DNA of 64,000 nt from an uncultured Bacteroidales bacterium (GTDB taxonomy: Bacteria > Bacteroidota > Bacteroidia > Bacteroidales > VadinHA17): positions 396,220 through 460,219 of the forward strand of contig CAWGRY010000006.1 of the NCBI GenBank assembly GCA_963825165.1, given 5' to 3'. The notes beneath the pieces were generated by a model. That model was not told where the DNA came from, did no database searches, and saw only the letters and a list, made by a program, of their open reading frames with translations. How positions within the stretch are numbered: position 1 is the stretch's first letter; each line of letters begins with the position of its first letter. The position numbers were made by a program, and so were the translations under genes. Below, piece by piece: positions 17,005 to 25,837 of the stretch.

Positions 17005-17640
17005 ATGAACCAGCCAGATCAGCATCTTGAAGACATAAAGGTCATTAAGAAGATAATGGAGGAGTCCTCCAGGTTCCTGTCGCTCAGCGGCCTGTCCGGT
17101 ATAGTTGCCGGACTGCTCGCCATAGCCGGAGCAGTGGTGGCGAATCTGATAATTACCGGCACTTCGATGGCAGAAGCGTGGTATTCGGTACCATTCGCTG
17201 GCGAGGCTGCCGGAACCATGACCATCGTTCTGCTTCTAACCGACATGGCAGTTGTGCTTGTGCTTTCGTTAGCCGCTGCGGTAATTTTTTCCAGTCGCAA
17301 AGCAAAAAAGACTGGTCACAGCGCATGGACTCCCGTCACCCGCAGGATGCTGACAAGCCTTCTCCTTCCGCTGATAACTGGAGGGCTCTTCATTCTCATA
17401 ACACTAAGCAGAGTCCCGGCCAATGTGACTGTAGCGTCTACTCTTATCTTTTACGGACTGGCTGTCATCAGTGCCGGAAAATTCACATTTGGAGAGGTAC
17501 ACTGGCTTGGTGTACTGGAGGTAATGACAGGGCTTATCTGCCTTCTCCTGCCACAGTGGTCGGTATTTATCTGGGCATTTGGCTTTGGCATTATTCATGT
17601 CGGTTACGGCTTGTTCATGCATCTCAGGTACGAGGGATGA
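17005..17640 (+). CDS. polytopic membrane protein, function unknown
   Basis: 211 aa with about six hydrophobic helices. Its stop overlaps the next start (ATGA at 17637-17640). Confidence 0.75.
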   Translation: MNQPDQHLEDIKVIKKIMEESSRFLSLSGLSGIVAGLLAIAGAVVANLIITGTSMAEAWYSVPFAGEAAGTMTIVLLLTDMAVVLVLSLAAAVIFSSRKAKKTGHSAWTPVTRRMLTSLLLPLITGGLFILITLSRVPANVTVASTLIFYGLAVISAGKFTFGEVHWLGVLEVMTGLICLLLPQWSVFIWAFGFGIIHVGYGLFMHLRYEG

Positions 17641-17933
17641 AAAGGATACTGGAAAACTTCAACAAGGCTTTTGAGAGCCGTGTAAGGCTGGGTATCATGT
17701 CGGCGCTGGCGGTCAACAGCACTATGGACTTCATCAGCCTGCGCGAGACACTTGAGGTGACAGACGGCAACCTCGCCAGTCACCTCAGGGCACTGGAGGA
17801 AGCAGGATATATTTCCATGGAAAAGAGCTTCATAAACCGCAAACCAAATACAAAATACAAAGTAACAGAAGATGGCATGGAAAACTTCAGACGCCATATC
17901 AAAGCCCTGGAAGACCTGATAAACAAGCAATAA
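17637..17933 (+). CDS. winged-helix transcriptional regulator (HTH_34/ArsR-like)
   Basis: The ATG at 17637 gives MKRILENFNKAFESRVRLGIMSALAVNSTMDFISLRETLEVTDGNLASHLRALEEAGYI.... The 251-aa track ORF is a 5' shadow extension. Confidence 0.8.
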   Translation: MKRILENFNKAFESRVRLGIMSALAVNSTMDFISLRETLEVTDGNLASHLRALEEAGYISMEKSFINRKPNTKYKVTEDGMENFRRHIKALEDLINKQ

Positions 17934-17949
17934 TTTTTTTTACTAATAC

Positions 17950-17975
17950 ACTTTGAAACGCAAAGTACTCTAAAA
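17950..17975 (+). promoter_or_regulatory. second copy of the ACTTTG-N5-CAAAGT element, 9 nt upstream of the creD ATG
   Basis: actttgaaacgcaaagtactctaaaa. Confidence 0.6.
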
Positions 17976-17984
17976 ACAACTAAA

Positions 17985-19286
17985 ATGGAAAATGAAATTG
18001 TAAAACAGGAAAAATGGTACCAGTCGATGACTGTAAAAATGATTCTTCTGGGATTTCTGGGGCTCATGCTTCTGATCCCGCTCCTGCTGATCACGGAGGT
18101 TATCAGGGAGCGGTCAAATAATGCTGAGACAGCGAGAACTGAGATTGGCAATCTGTGGGCTGCGGCGCAGACGATCACCGGTCCGGTGCTGAATGTTCCC
18201 GGAACAAAAGTGATCTCGGGTGACGGCCAGTATGTGACCACAACAATGCACATTCTTCCCGATGACCTTAAGATAACCGGCAGACTGATGCCTGAGAAAA
18301 GGTACAGGGGTATTTATGAGACCGTAGTCTATGACTTTGACATTCAGATGACAGGCAGCTTCTCAATAGCAGGTTATGAGCATCTGAACGATTACATCTA
18401 TAATTGGGACCAGGCGTATATTTCAATTGGTGTCTCAGATAACAAGGGCATCAGGGATAAGGTGGAGATGAATTTCAACAAGGAGGTTATCATAGCTCAG
18501 CCGGGAGCAGGACAGACTGATCTATTTGAAAAAGGCATCTCTTTCCCGGTGTCAATAGATCCGGCTGTACCCGGCGGTTTCGGCGGTGACTTCAGCATAA
18601 GCCTTGGTCTCAGGGGAAGCAGCAACATCTCATTCTCCCCCGTAGGTAAAACGACAGAGGTGTCTCTTGCCTCGGAGTGGGATGCACCTTCGTTCATGGG
18701 CACTTTCCTTCCGGCCGAGAGAGATGTGAAAGAGGATGGTTTCACAGCCACGTGGGTAGTGACGCATCTTAACAGGAGTTTTCCGCAGGTATGGACTGGC
18801 AAGAGCTACACGCCATCGGATGATGCTTTCGGGGTTGATCTGATCCTGCAGGCAGATCATTATACCAAGGCTGAACGAAGCGCAAAATACGGGCTGCTCT
18901 TCATAGCACTGACCTTCCTGGTGCTGATCATTATCGAGATCAGGTCGAAAGAGCGTATTCACATTTTTTATTACCTTCTGGTTTCCCTGGCGCTGATACT
19001 GTTCTTTTCACTGCTTACCTCGCTGAGTGAGCTTGTCGGATTCAATCTGGCTTACCTGATCTCGTCGGTGGCAACCATTGCCCTTCTCTCAGCTTTTTTC
19101 CGGTCGTTGCTGAAGAAGGGATGGATCGTGCTTGTCATCAGCGGGCTGCTGACTATTCTGTATGTTTTCATTTTCGTGCTTCTGGCGCTGAAGGATTATG
19201 CTTTCCTGGCTGGGAATATCGGATTGTTTGTATTACTGGCCGCACTGATGATGGTATCAGCGAGGTACAGGCTGTTTAAGGACTAG
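17985..19286 (+). CDS. creD: cell envelope integrity protein CreD
   Basis: 433 aa with an N-terminal TM helix, a large periplasmic domain and five C-terminal TM helices. The string GVDLILQADHYTKAERSAKYGLLFIALTF is CreD-family typical. Confidence 0.85.
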   Translation: MENEIVKQEKWYQSMTVKMILLGFLGLMLLIPLLLITEVIRERSNNAETARTEIGNLWAAAQTITGPVLNVPGTKVISGDGQYVTTTMHILPDDLKITGRLMPEKRYRGIYETVVYDFDIQMTGSFSIAGYEHLNDYIYNWDQAYISIGVSDNKGIRDKVEMNFNKEVIIAQPGAGQTDLFEKGISFPVSIDPAVPGGFGGDFSISLGLRGSSNISFSPVGKTTEVSLASEWDAPSFMGTFLPAERDVKEDGFTATWVVTHLNRSFPQVWTGKSYTPSDDAFGVDLILQADHYTKAERSAKYGLLFIALTFLVLIIIEIRSKERIHIFYYLLVSLALILFFSLLTSLSELVGFNLAYLISSVATIALLSAFFRSLLKKGWIVLVISGLLTILYVFIFVLLALKDYAFLAGNIGLFVLLAALMMVSARYRLFKD

Positions 19287-19419
19287 ACGGCTGAAAAAAG
19301 CAGGGGCTGAGATGGACAGACATCCCGCGTACCGATAGCCGGGCGGGGGATGGTCTTTCCATTATGTTGTTTGGTGTTTTTGCAGTAACTTACATGCTTA
19401 CTTTAAAACACCATTGAGC

Positions 19420-21054
19420 ATGGTTCTGAAAAGGTATGTCGAAGAAGAGACCGGGCAGAAATTTGACCTGGTAATCGTCGGGGGCGGCATCACCGGAGGC
19501 GCAGTGGCGTACATCGCTGCTGCGCGTGGCCTCTCTGTCGCCCTGTTTGAAAAAAAGGATTACGGCGGAGCCACCTCCGCGGCAACCTCGAAGCTGATCC
19601 ACGGGGGACTGAGATATCTTGCAAACGGAGAGATCAGGCTTGTGCGCGAATTGCTCCGCGAAAGAAGGATACTCGGCAATATCGCACCCAACTTTGTCTA
19701 TCCGCTGCCTTTTATTATGCCCAACTACAAGAAATGGAAAGGAAATATCTGGAAGATGCTCCTGGGCATGTACCTGTACGATTTGCTGTCATATGATAAA
19801 AAGGACACCTGGGACAAGAGCAAGAAGCTCGAGAACCATAAGCTTATCTCACACAGGAAAACCATCAGGGTGGAGCCAAACCTCAGAAAGGAATTTCTGC
19901 GGAATGCGTTTTATTTCTTTGATTATCAGAGCATATTCCCGGAGAGGCTAACTCTTTCTTTCATCAAATCGGCAGCCGAATACGGTGCCAGAGTATCGAA
20001 CTACACCCCTGTCGAGGGTTTTATTATTGAAAATGATAACAGGATCACCGGGGTGAAGGTAAGGGATACCTTTTCAGGTGAAATTAAAAATATTCACGCT
20101 GACCTGATTGTCAACTGCGGGGGAACATGGGCTGACAAGATCCTCAACCTCGCGTCGAAAAAAGATTTACCGGCACACAAAGTCAAGCGCTCGGAGGGTA
20201 TTCACATAATCACAAAAAAGATTGCGGGTAACCATGTCGTTTCGCTTCAGAAAAAAGACGGCGGGCATATGATGATAATGCCGTGGCGCGATCACTCGCT
20301 CATAGGCACCACCGACAAGGAGTTTTACGGCAATCCTGATGAATACCGTGTCTCCATGGAGAGTATCAACGAGATATTGAAGGGAGTAAATGAAAACTTC
20401 GGGAAACAATTATCAACAGCGGATATCCTGCATGCATACGGTGGGCTGCGGCCGTTGGTGGACGACCAGACCAAAGGGTCCTACGAGACATCAAGAAAGT
20501 ACGAAGTATATGACAACTCCGCCGACGGCATCGAAGGTATGATCACCGTGGAGGGAGGTAAGTACACCACCAGCAGAGGGCTGGCCCGGGAAGTTCTGAA
20601 ACTGGTCTCGACGAAGCTCGACAGGGTACTCTCGGATTCTGTATCAGACAACCTTTATCTTTCAGGCTGCGAAATAAGGGACATGAGACAGTTCATGATA
20701 AGACAACACCTTAACTACAAGGATTTCAGCCGGAGCACTATCGAATACGTCAGCAGGAATTACGGCACAGAAAGCAAAGTAGTTTTTCAGATAGCCAGGG
20801 ATGATCCGCAGTTCGCCGAAGTGGTCAGTCATGACGGGGAGATCCTGGCAGAAGTTGTCTATGCAATAAAATATGAATGTGCCAGAACACTGAGGGATAT
20901 TATGTTAAGAAGGACTGGTACCGGGACCCTGGGCAATCCCGGCAAAAAAATAATCGATAAGATAACAGCCATCGCATCGGGAATGCTGAAATGGGACAGT
21001 AAGAGGGTTGATGAGGAGGTCGCATCGATGATGAGGGTATATGAATTATTTTAA
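19420..21054 (+). CDS. FAD-dependent glycerol-3-phosphate dehydrogenase/oxidase-like enzyme (GlpD/GlpO family)
   Basis: DLVIVGGGITGGAVAYIAAARGLSVALFEKKDYGGATSAATSKLIHGGLRYL is the dinucleotide-binding signature. The first ATG is at 19420; the track start at 19414 is TTG. Confidence 0.85.
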   Translation: MVLKRYVEEETGQKFDLVIVGGGITGGAVAYIAAARGLSVALFEKKDYGGATSAATSKLIHGGLRYLANGEIRLVRELLRERRILGNIAPNFVYPLPFIMPNYKKWKGNIWKMLLGMYLYDLLSYDKKDTWDKSKKLENHKLISHRKTIRVEPNLRKEFLRNAFYFFDYQSIFPERLTLSFIKSAAEYGARVSNYTPVEGFIIENDNRITGVKVRDTFSGEIKNIHADLIVNCGGTWADKILNLASKKDLPAHKVKRSEGIHIITKKIAGNHVVSLQKKDGGHMMIMPWRDHSLIGTTDKEFYGNPDEYRVSMESINEILKGVNENFGKQLSTADILHAYGGLRPLVDDQTKGSYETSRKYEVYDNSADGIEGMITVEGGKYTTSRGLAREVLKLVSTKLDRVLSDSVSDNLYLSGCEIRDMRQFMIRQHLNYKDFSRSTIEYVSRNYGTESKVVFQIARDDPQFAEVVSHDGEILAEVVYAIKYECARTLRDIMLRRTGTGTLGNPGKKIIDKITAIASGMLKWDSKRVDEEVASMMRVYELF

Positions 21055-21064
21055 AAGTTAAGAC

Positions 21065-22690
21065 ATGGAATTTACTTACCGCGAGATACTTAAATGGGGA
21101 GACAAGAGAGAAGCAGAGGTTGAGCCCCTGATGAAAAAACTGATAAAGGAGAAGTTCGGGCTGACAGACTCTGACTTCAGTGGGAAGTATCTCCCCGGGT
21201 CGGAGACAGTGAAGCTGGATAAGGCTCCGATGCTGAAGCCCGCCCAGCTTGTTTTTCTGAAGAGCATTGTCGGCAGTGAGAATATACGGACTGATGATTT
21301 TACACGTGCAAAATACTCTTTCGGGAAATTCTATGATGAGCTTCTTGATCTGAGGCTTAACCGGGTTGCGGATCCGCCTGACGCAGTCGTTTCACCAACC
21401 AGTCATGATGAAATAGTAAAGATCGTTGAATTCTGCAATGAAGAGAAGATACCGGTTATTCCGGTAGGCGGACAGTCCTCCGTGACCGGGGCGTTGCGGG
21501 CGCCTGGCGGAGGCATAGCGCTCGATCTGACAAAGCATCTCAACAAAATTGTCAGGCTGAACACTGTAAACAAAACTGTGACTGTTGAGGCAGGGATGTT
21601 CGGTCCGGCTTTTGAAGAGGAACTGAACAGACACGGATATACCTGCGGTCATTTCCCTCAGTCGTTTGAGTATTCGACCGTAGGAGGGTGGATCTCTGCC
21701 AAGGGAGCCGGGCAGGCCTCGACAGGATACGGCAAGATAGAGGATATGGTCGTCGCCCTGAAGGTTGTAACACCTGCAGGCGTAATCGAGACGAAGGAGT
21801 TTCCGCGGACAGCACAGGGCTGGGATATCTTCAGGCTATTCATCGGGTCCGAGGGCACGCTCGGGGTAATAACCGAGGCCACTCTTCATATGCATATCTA
21901 TCGTCCGAAGAATACTTCATCGGCAGCTTTTATCTTCAGATCATTTGAACAGGCAGTAGAAGTGATGCGAAAGATGATCCAGAGCGAGTACGGCAGGCCA
22001 CATCTGTTCAGGATATCGGATCCCGATGAAACGGATATTGCTTTCAGAACCAGCGGGTTTGACAACAGCATTGCCGACAGGTTCCTGAAGATGCGTGGTT
22101 TTATGCCGGGCAGTCGGTCCATGATGTTTGTTACCGTCGAAGGTGAAAAAGATTATACGAAATTCGTTCTGAGCAAGATAAGGCAGACTGCAGGAAAGGG
22201 CAAGGGCATGTATATTGGCACAAGCCCTGTAAGAAAATGGCTTGCCCAGCGATACTCGAGTGCTTACATGCGTGACCCGCTGATGGATATTGGCATAATG
22301 GCGGATACCCTTGAGACTGCGGTCACATGGGAAAACCTTCTCAGGGTGTGGTCTGCCGCACATGCGTACGTTAAATCGCGTCCAAAGGCCTTCATTATGA
22401 TACATGTTTCACATGTGTATGAGAACGGCGCGAACCTCTACTTTACTTTTCTCACTCCCATGGAAAAGGGGAATGAGAAGAGTGACTTTGCCGCTTTTCA
22501 CAGGGGGCTGGTGGATACGATACTTGAAAACGGAGGCTCAATCTCCCACCACCACGGTGTGGGGAGGGTGCTTGCCCCATGGATGGAAGGACACCTTGGA
22601 AAGACGTCGATGGCGGTGCTCGGAGCAGTGAAAAGACATTTTGATCCGAATAATATCATGAACCCCGGCGGAACGCTTGGCCTTAAATAA
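21065..22690 (+). CDS. FAD-linked oxidase, alkyl-DHAP synthase (AGPS)-like / GlcD-like
   Basis: It has an FAD_binding_4 pattern (IPVIPVGGQSSVTGA) and the C-terminal SISHHHGVGR motif of FAD-linked oxidases. The long N-terminal helical extension resembles that of AGPS-type enzymes. Confidence 0.75.
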   Translation: MEFTYREILKWGDKREAEVEPLMKKLIKEKFGLTDSDFSGKYLPGSETVKLDKAPMLKPAQLVFLKSIVGSENIRTDDFTRAKYSFGKFYDELLDLRLNRVADPPDAVVSPTSHDEIVKIVEFCNEEKIPVIPVGGQSSVTGALRAPGGGIALDLTKHLNKIVRLNTVNKTVTVEAGMFGPAFEEELNRHGYTCGHFPQSFEYSTVGGWISAKGAGQASTGYGKIEDMVVALKVVTPAGVIETKEFPRTAQGWDIFRLFIGSEGTLGVITEATLHMHIYRPKNTSSAAFIFRSFEQAVEVMRKMIQSEYGRPHLFRISDPDETDIAFRTSGFDNSIADRFLKMRGFMPGSRSMMFVTVEGEKDYTKFVLSKIRQTAGKGKGMYIGTSPVRKWLAQRYSSAYMRDPLMDIGIMADTLETAVTWENLLRVWSAAHAYVKSRPKAFIMIHVSHVYENGANLYFTFLTPMEKGNEKSDFAAFHRGLVDTILENGGSISHHHGVGRVLAPWMEGHLGKTSMAVLGAVKRHFDPNNIMNPGGTLGLK

Positions 22691-22697
22691 AGAATAT

Positions 22698-24266
22698 ATG
22701 AATTCATCAGATGAACTGATACTGACAATCGACTGCGGCACACAGTCAGTCAGGGCTGCCCTGATAGATCTTTCCGGGAATGTACTTCAGATTGTCAAGA
22801 CCGAAATTGAACCTTATTTCTCTTCCGGTCCCGGCATGGCTGAACAACAACCTGAATACTTCAGGGACAGGATGTTTGAAACCCTGAGCAAGCTTCTGAG
22901 TGAGACGAAGCATGAGAAGGAAAGAATAAAAGCTGTGACAATTACTACCCAGCGGTCCACGCTGGTCAACCTTGACAAGCAGGGCAAATCATTACGGCCG
23001 GCGATTACCTGGCTCGATCAGAGACAGTGTGCCGTGGATAAATACCCCGGCAAGCTGATGCAGATGGCTCTGAGCATTGTCGGCATGCGCGAAGCTGTAG
23101 TCTACACGGTAAAGAACGGTGAGTGCAACTGGATAATGCAGAATACCCCTGAAATCTGGGAAAAAACAAACAAGTTCCTGCTCCTTTCCGGATACCTGAC
23201 ATGGGCGTTGACGGGTGATTATACTGATTCAGTAGGCTGCACAGTGGCATACCTTCCCTTTGATTACAAGAAGCAAAGGTGGGCCGATAAAAGCCATATG
23301 TACTCTAAAATGTATCCCATTGAAAGGGATAAGTTGCCGAAGCTGGTGAAGCCGTCTGAAATCCTCGGATATATAAGCAGGGAAGCTTCTGAAAAGTCAG
23401 GCATTCCGGCAGGACTGCCCCTTATAGCCTCTGCTGCAGATAAGGCATGCGAGGTGCTGGGCTCGGGGGTTGTCTCGCCCGATGTTGCCTGCTTAAGCTA
23501 TGGGACGACATGCACCGTTGAGACAACGCATAAGAAATATGTCGAAGTAATCCCGTTCTTTCCGCCGTATCCGAGTGCTGTGCCGGATTATTATAACACG
23601 GAAGTAATGATCTTCAGAGGTTTCTGGATGATAAACTGGTTCAAGAAAGAATTCGGGTTAAAGGAGATACAGCTTGCCGAAAAACTGGGAAGACCTGCCG
23701 AAGAGCTTTTTGACGATCTGATCAAAGATGTTCCGGCAGGTTCAATGGGGCTTACCTTGCAGCCCTACTGGTCGCCGGGACTGAAGACTCCCGGAACGGA
23801 AGCCAAGGGTGCTATAATAGGTTTCGGTGACGTTCATACAAGGGCCCATGTTTACAGGGCTATTCTTGAAGGGCTGGCATATTCACTCAGGGAGGGACTG
23901 GCAAGGACTGTAAAAAGGACTAAAGTTCCGGTTAGCAGGATCATCGTCTCCGGCGGCGGTTCACAGAGCAGACAGGCCATGCAGATCACTGCGGATGTCT
24001 TCAACCTTCCTACCTTCAGGCCTCATACCTACGAGACCTCCTCACTTGGTGCAGCTATAGATGCAGCCGTAGGAATGAAGTTCTTCAGTGACCATACTGC
24101 GGCTGCCGGATCAATGACCCGTACCGGCGAACAGTTCATCCCCGACACCAGGAACGTTGAAATGTACAACCAGTTATATGATAAGGTCTATTCAAAGATG
24201 TACAATCATTTGCAGCCCCTTTACGAACAGATAAGGAACGTTATCGGCTATCCGTCGAAAATTTAA
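22698..24266 (+). CDS. FGGY-family carbohydrate/polyol kinase
   Basis: LILTIDCGTQSVRAAL is the N-terminal phosphate-1 motif, and VSGGGSQSRQAMQITADVFNLP is the C-terminal motif. The ATG at 22698 lies just after the upstream stop; the track start at 22677 is TTG inside the upstream gene. Confidence 0.85.
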   Translation: MNSSDELILTIDCGTQSVRAALIDLSGNVLQIVKTEIEPYFSSGPGMAEQQPEYFRDRMFETLSKLLSETKHEKERIKAVTITTQRSTLVNLDKQGKSLRPAITWLDQRQCAVDKYPGKLMQMALSIVGMREAVVYTVKNGECNWIMQNTPEIWEKTNKFLLLSGYLTWALTGDYTDSVGCTVAYLPFDYKKQRWADKSHMYSKMYPIERDKLPKLVKPSEILGYISREASEKSGIPAGLPLIASAADKACEVLGSGVVSPDVACLSYGTTCTVETTHKKYVEVIPFFPPYPSAVPDYYNTEVMIFRGFWMINWFKKEFGLKEIQLAEKLGRPAEELFDDLIKDVPAGSMGLTLQPYWSPGLKTPGTEAKGAIIGFGDVHTRAHVYRAILEGLAYSLREGLARTVKRTKVPVSRIIVSGGGSQSRQAMQITADVFNLPTFRPHTYETSSLGAAIDAAVGMKFFSDHTAAAGSMTRTGEQFIPDTRNVEMYNQLYDKVYSKMYNHLQPLYEQIRNVIGYPSKI

Positions 24267-24284
24267 CGGACCGGGACCAATATT

Positions 24285-25166
24285 ATGAAACTCAGAAATA
24301 TGTTCATAAAAGTTTTTGCAGTGCTGCTGACAGCAATTCTGTTTGCCTCGTGTGTCACCAGGGAGGATGATGATATTGATGTTATCACTTTTAACATACG
24401 GTTGGACACTCCCTATGACAGCATCAATGCCTGGCCCAACCGGGCTCCGCTTGTTGCAGGGTTTATTAATGATCAGGTACCTGACCTGCTGGGTATGCAG
24501 GAGGTGTTGTGGCACCAGTACCGGTATCTTGATTCTGCCCTTATCGGTTACGGTTCAGTGGCAGCCGGTCGTGATGACGGCATGCAGCAGGGAGAAGCCT
24601 GTCCGGTCTTTTACCGTCTCGGACGGTTCAGTCCGGTCGCCAGCGGCACGTTCTGGCTTTCTTCCACCCCTGATGTGCCCGGCTCGGTGGGATGGGGGGC
24701 AGCGCTGACGCGCATAGCAACGTGGGTGCGACTGTACGATAAGACCGTGAAAGATACGCTGCTCTATATGAATACCCATTTTGACCACATAAGCGACTCT
24801 GCACGTTTGATGAGTTCGGGGGTACTGCTGGGGAAGCTGAAGGAACTGGCCGGAGAGAATGACTTCGTGATAACGGGTGACTTCAATGCCCTTCCCGGGA
24901 GCCTCGCCATCGGGAGGATGAAGGAGGGCAACTTCGCCGTTGATGCCTATGAAATTTCAGAGACAGCACCTGCCGGCGAGAGTCATACTTTCAACGGATG
25001 GAGGGATGGTCAGGGAGAGGGGCGTATCGATTATATCTTTGTGCGGAGCGGCATGAAGGTTTTGTCGCATGAGACATTCAGGATCATTGAAGACGGTGTC
25101 TTCATATCGGATCACTGGCCGGTAAAGGCGAGGGTGACGTATTCAACAATGGCTCAGCCACAGTGA
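24285..25166 (+). CDS. endonuclease/exonuclease/phosphatase (EEP) family lipoprotein
   Basis: The lipobox reads ILFASCVTRED. ITFNIR, MQEV, THFDH and SDHWPV are EEP catalytic motifs. Confidence 0.8.
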   Translation: MKLRNMFIKVFAVLLTAILFASCVTREDDDIDVITFNIRLDTPYDSINAWPNRAPLVAGFINDQVPDLLGMQEVLWHQYRYLDSALIGYGSVAAGRDDGMQQGEACPVFYRLGRFSPVASGTFWLSSTPDVPGSVGWGAALTRIATWVRLYDKTVKDTLLYMNTHFDHISDSARLMSSGVLLGKLKELAGENDFVITGDFNALPGSLAIGRMKEGNFAVDAYEISETAPAGESHTFNGWRDGQGEGRIDYIFVRSGMKVLSHETFRIIEDGVFISDHWPVKARVTYSTMAQPQ

Positions 25167-25168
25167 CA

Positions 25169-25197
25169 GAGGTGCCTTCGACAGGCTCAGGCACCTC
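25169..25197 (+). terminator. possible terminator hairpin (no clear U-tract)
   Basis: 8-bp stem gaggtgcc / ggcacctc with a 13-nt loop, directly after the EEP gene stop. Confidence 0.35.
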
Positions 25198-25224
25198 GAA
25201 AAGAATAACCAAACACGATAAATT

Positions 25225-25767
25225 ATGAACCGAAACAAAATCACCCTGATTGCAGCACTGGCTTTTGGCGTGCTCGCATTATTTTTTATCTTGCAGCCCG
25301 GAGTGGCACAGAGACCTTACATAAAGAATTTCGAGCTTAACCGTTATCTCGGGAAATGGTATGAAATAGCACGATTCCCTCACTCCTTTGAAAAAGGACT
25401 TGTAGGATGCACAGCCAATTATACCCTGCTTCCCAACGGCAGGGTGAAGGTTGAAAATGCAGGCTATAAGAACACCCTTGACGGTGAGTATGACACAGCC
25501 GTCGGAAAAGCTAAGCTTGCCGGCAAACCTTCGGATGGCCACCTTAAGGTAGCTTTCTTCCTGTTTTTCTACGCGGATTACTTTATCATGGATATGGATC
25601 CTGATTACCAGTGGGCGCTGATAGGAAGCAAGGCGGACAAGTACCTGTGGATACTGGCCAGGTCACCGCAGATGGACGAGGTCACTTATAACAGGATCCT
25701 TGACAAAGCCCGCAGCCTCGGGTATGACCTGGAGCTGCTCTATAAGGTGCCGCAAAAGGCCCTTTAG
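25225..25767 (+). CDS. blc: bacterial lipocalin (outer-membrane lipoprotein Blc family)
   Basis: YLGKWYEIARFPHSFEKGLVGCTANYTLLPNGRVKVENAGY is the lipocalin signature. Confidence 0.85.
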   Translation: MNRNKITLIAALAFGVLALFFILQPGVAQRPYIKNFELNRYLGKWYEIARFPHSFEKGLVGCTANYTLLPNGRVKVENAGYKNTLDGEYDTAVGKAKLAGKPSDGHLKVAFFLFFYADYFIMDMDPDYQWALIGSKADKYLWILARSPQMDEVTYNRILDKARSLGYDLELLYKVPQKAL

Positions 25768-25837
25768 TAAAGGTAGTCACCAGGAAGCCTTTCAGGGACC
25801 GGCTGCAAAAAAACGGGGATACGGCCTCTGATGAGCG

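Noticed and set aside
17178-17636. 5' extension that makes the wHTH regulator a 251-aa ORF
   Set aside because: The extension overlaps the 211-aa membrane protein gene out of frame and is Arg/Cys/His-rich. The regulator domain starts cleanly at the ATG at 17637, which overlaps the upstream stop (ATGA).
21392-22405. Cluster of 74-154-aa minus-strand ORFs opposite the AGPS-like oxidase gene
   Set aside because: They are multiple overlapping shadow ORFs in a GC-rich coding region, and none has motifs or a plausible start context.
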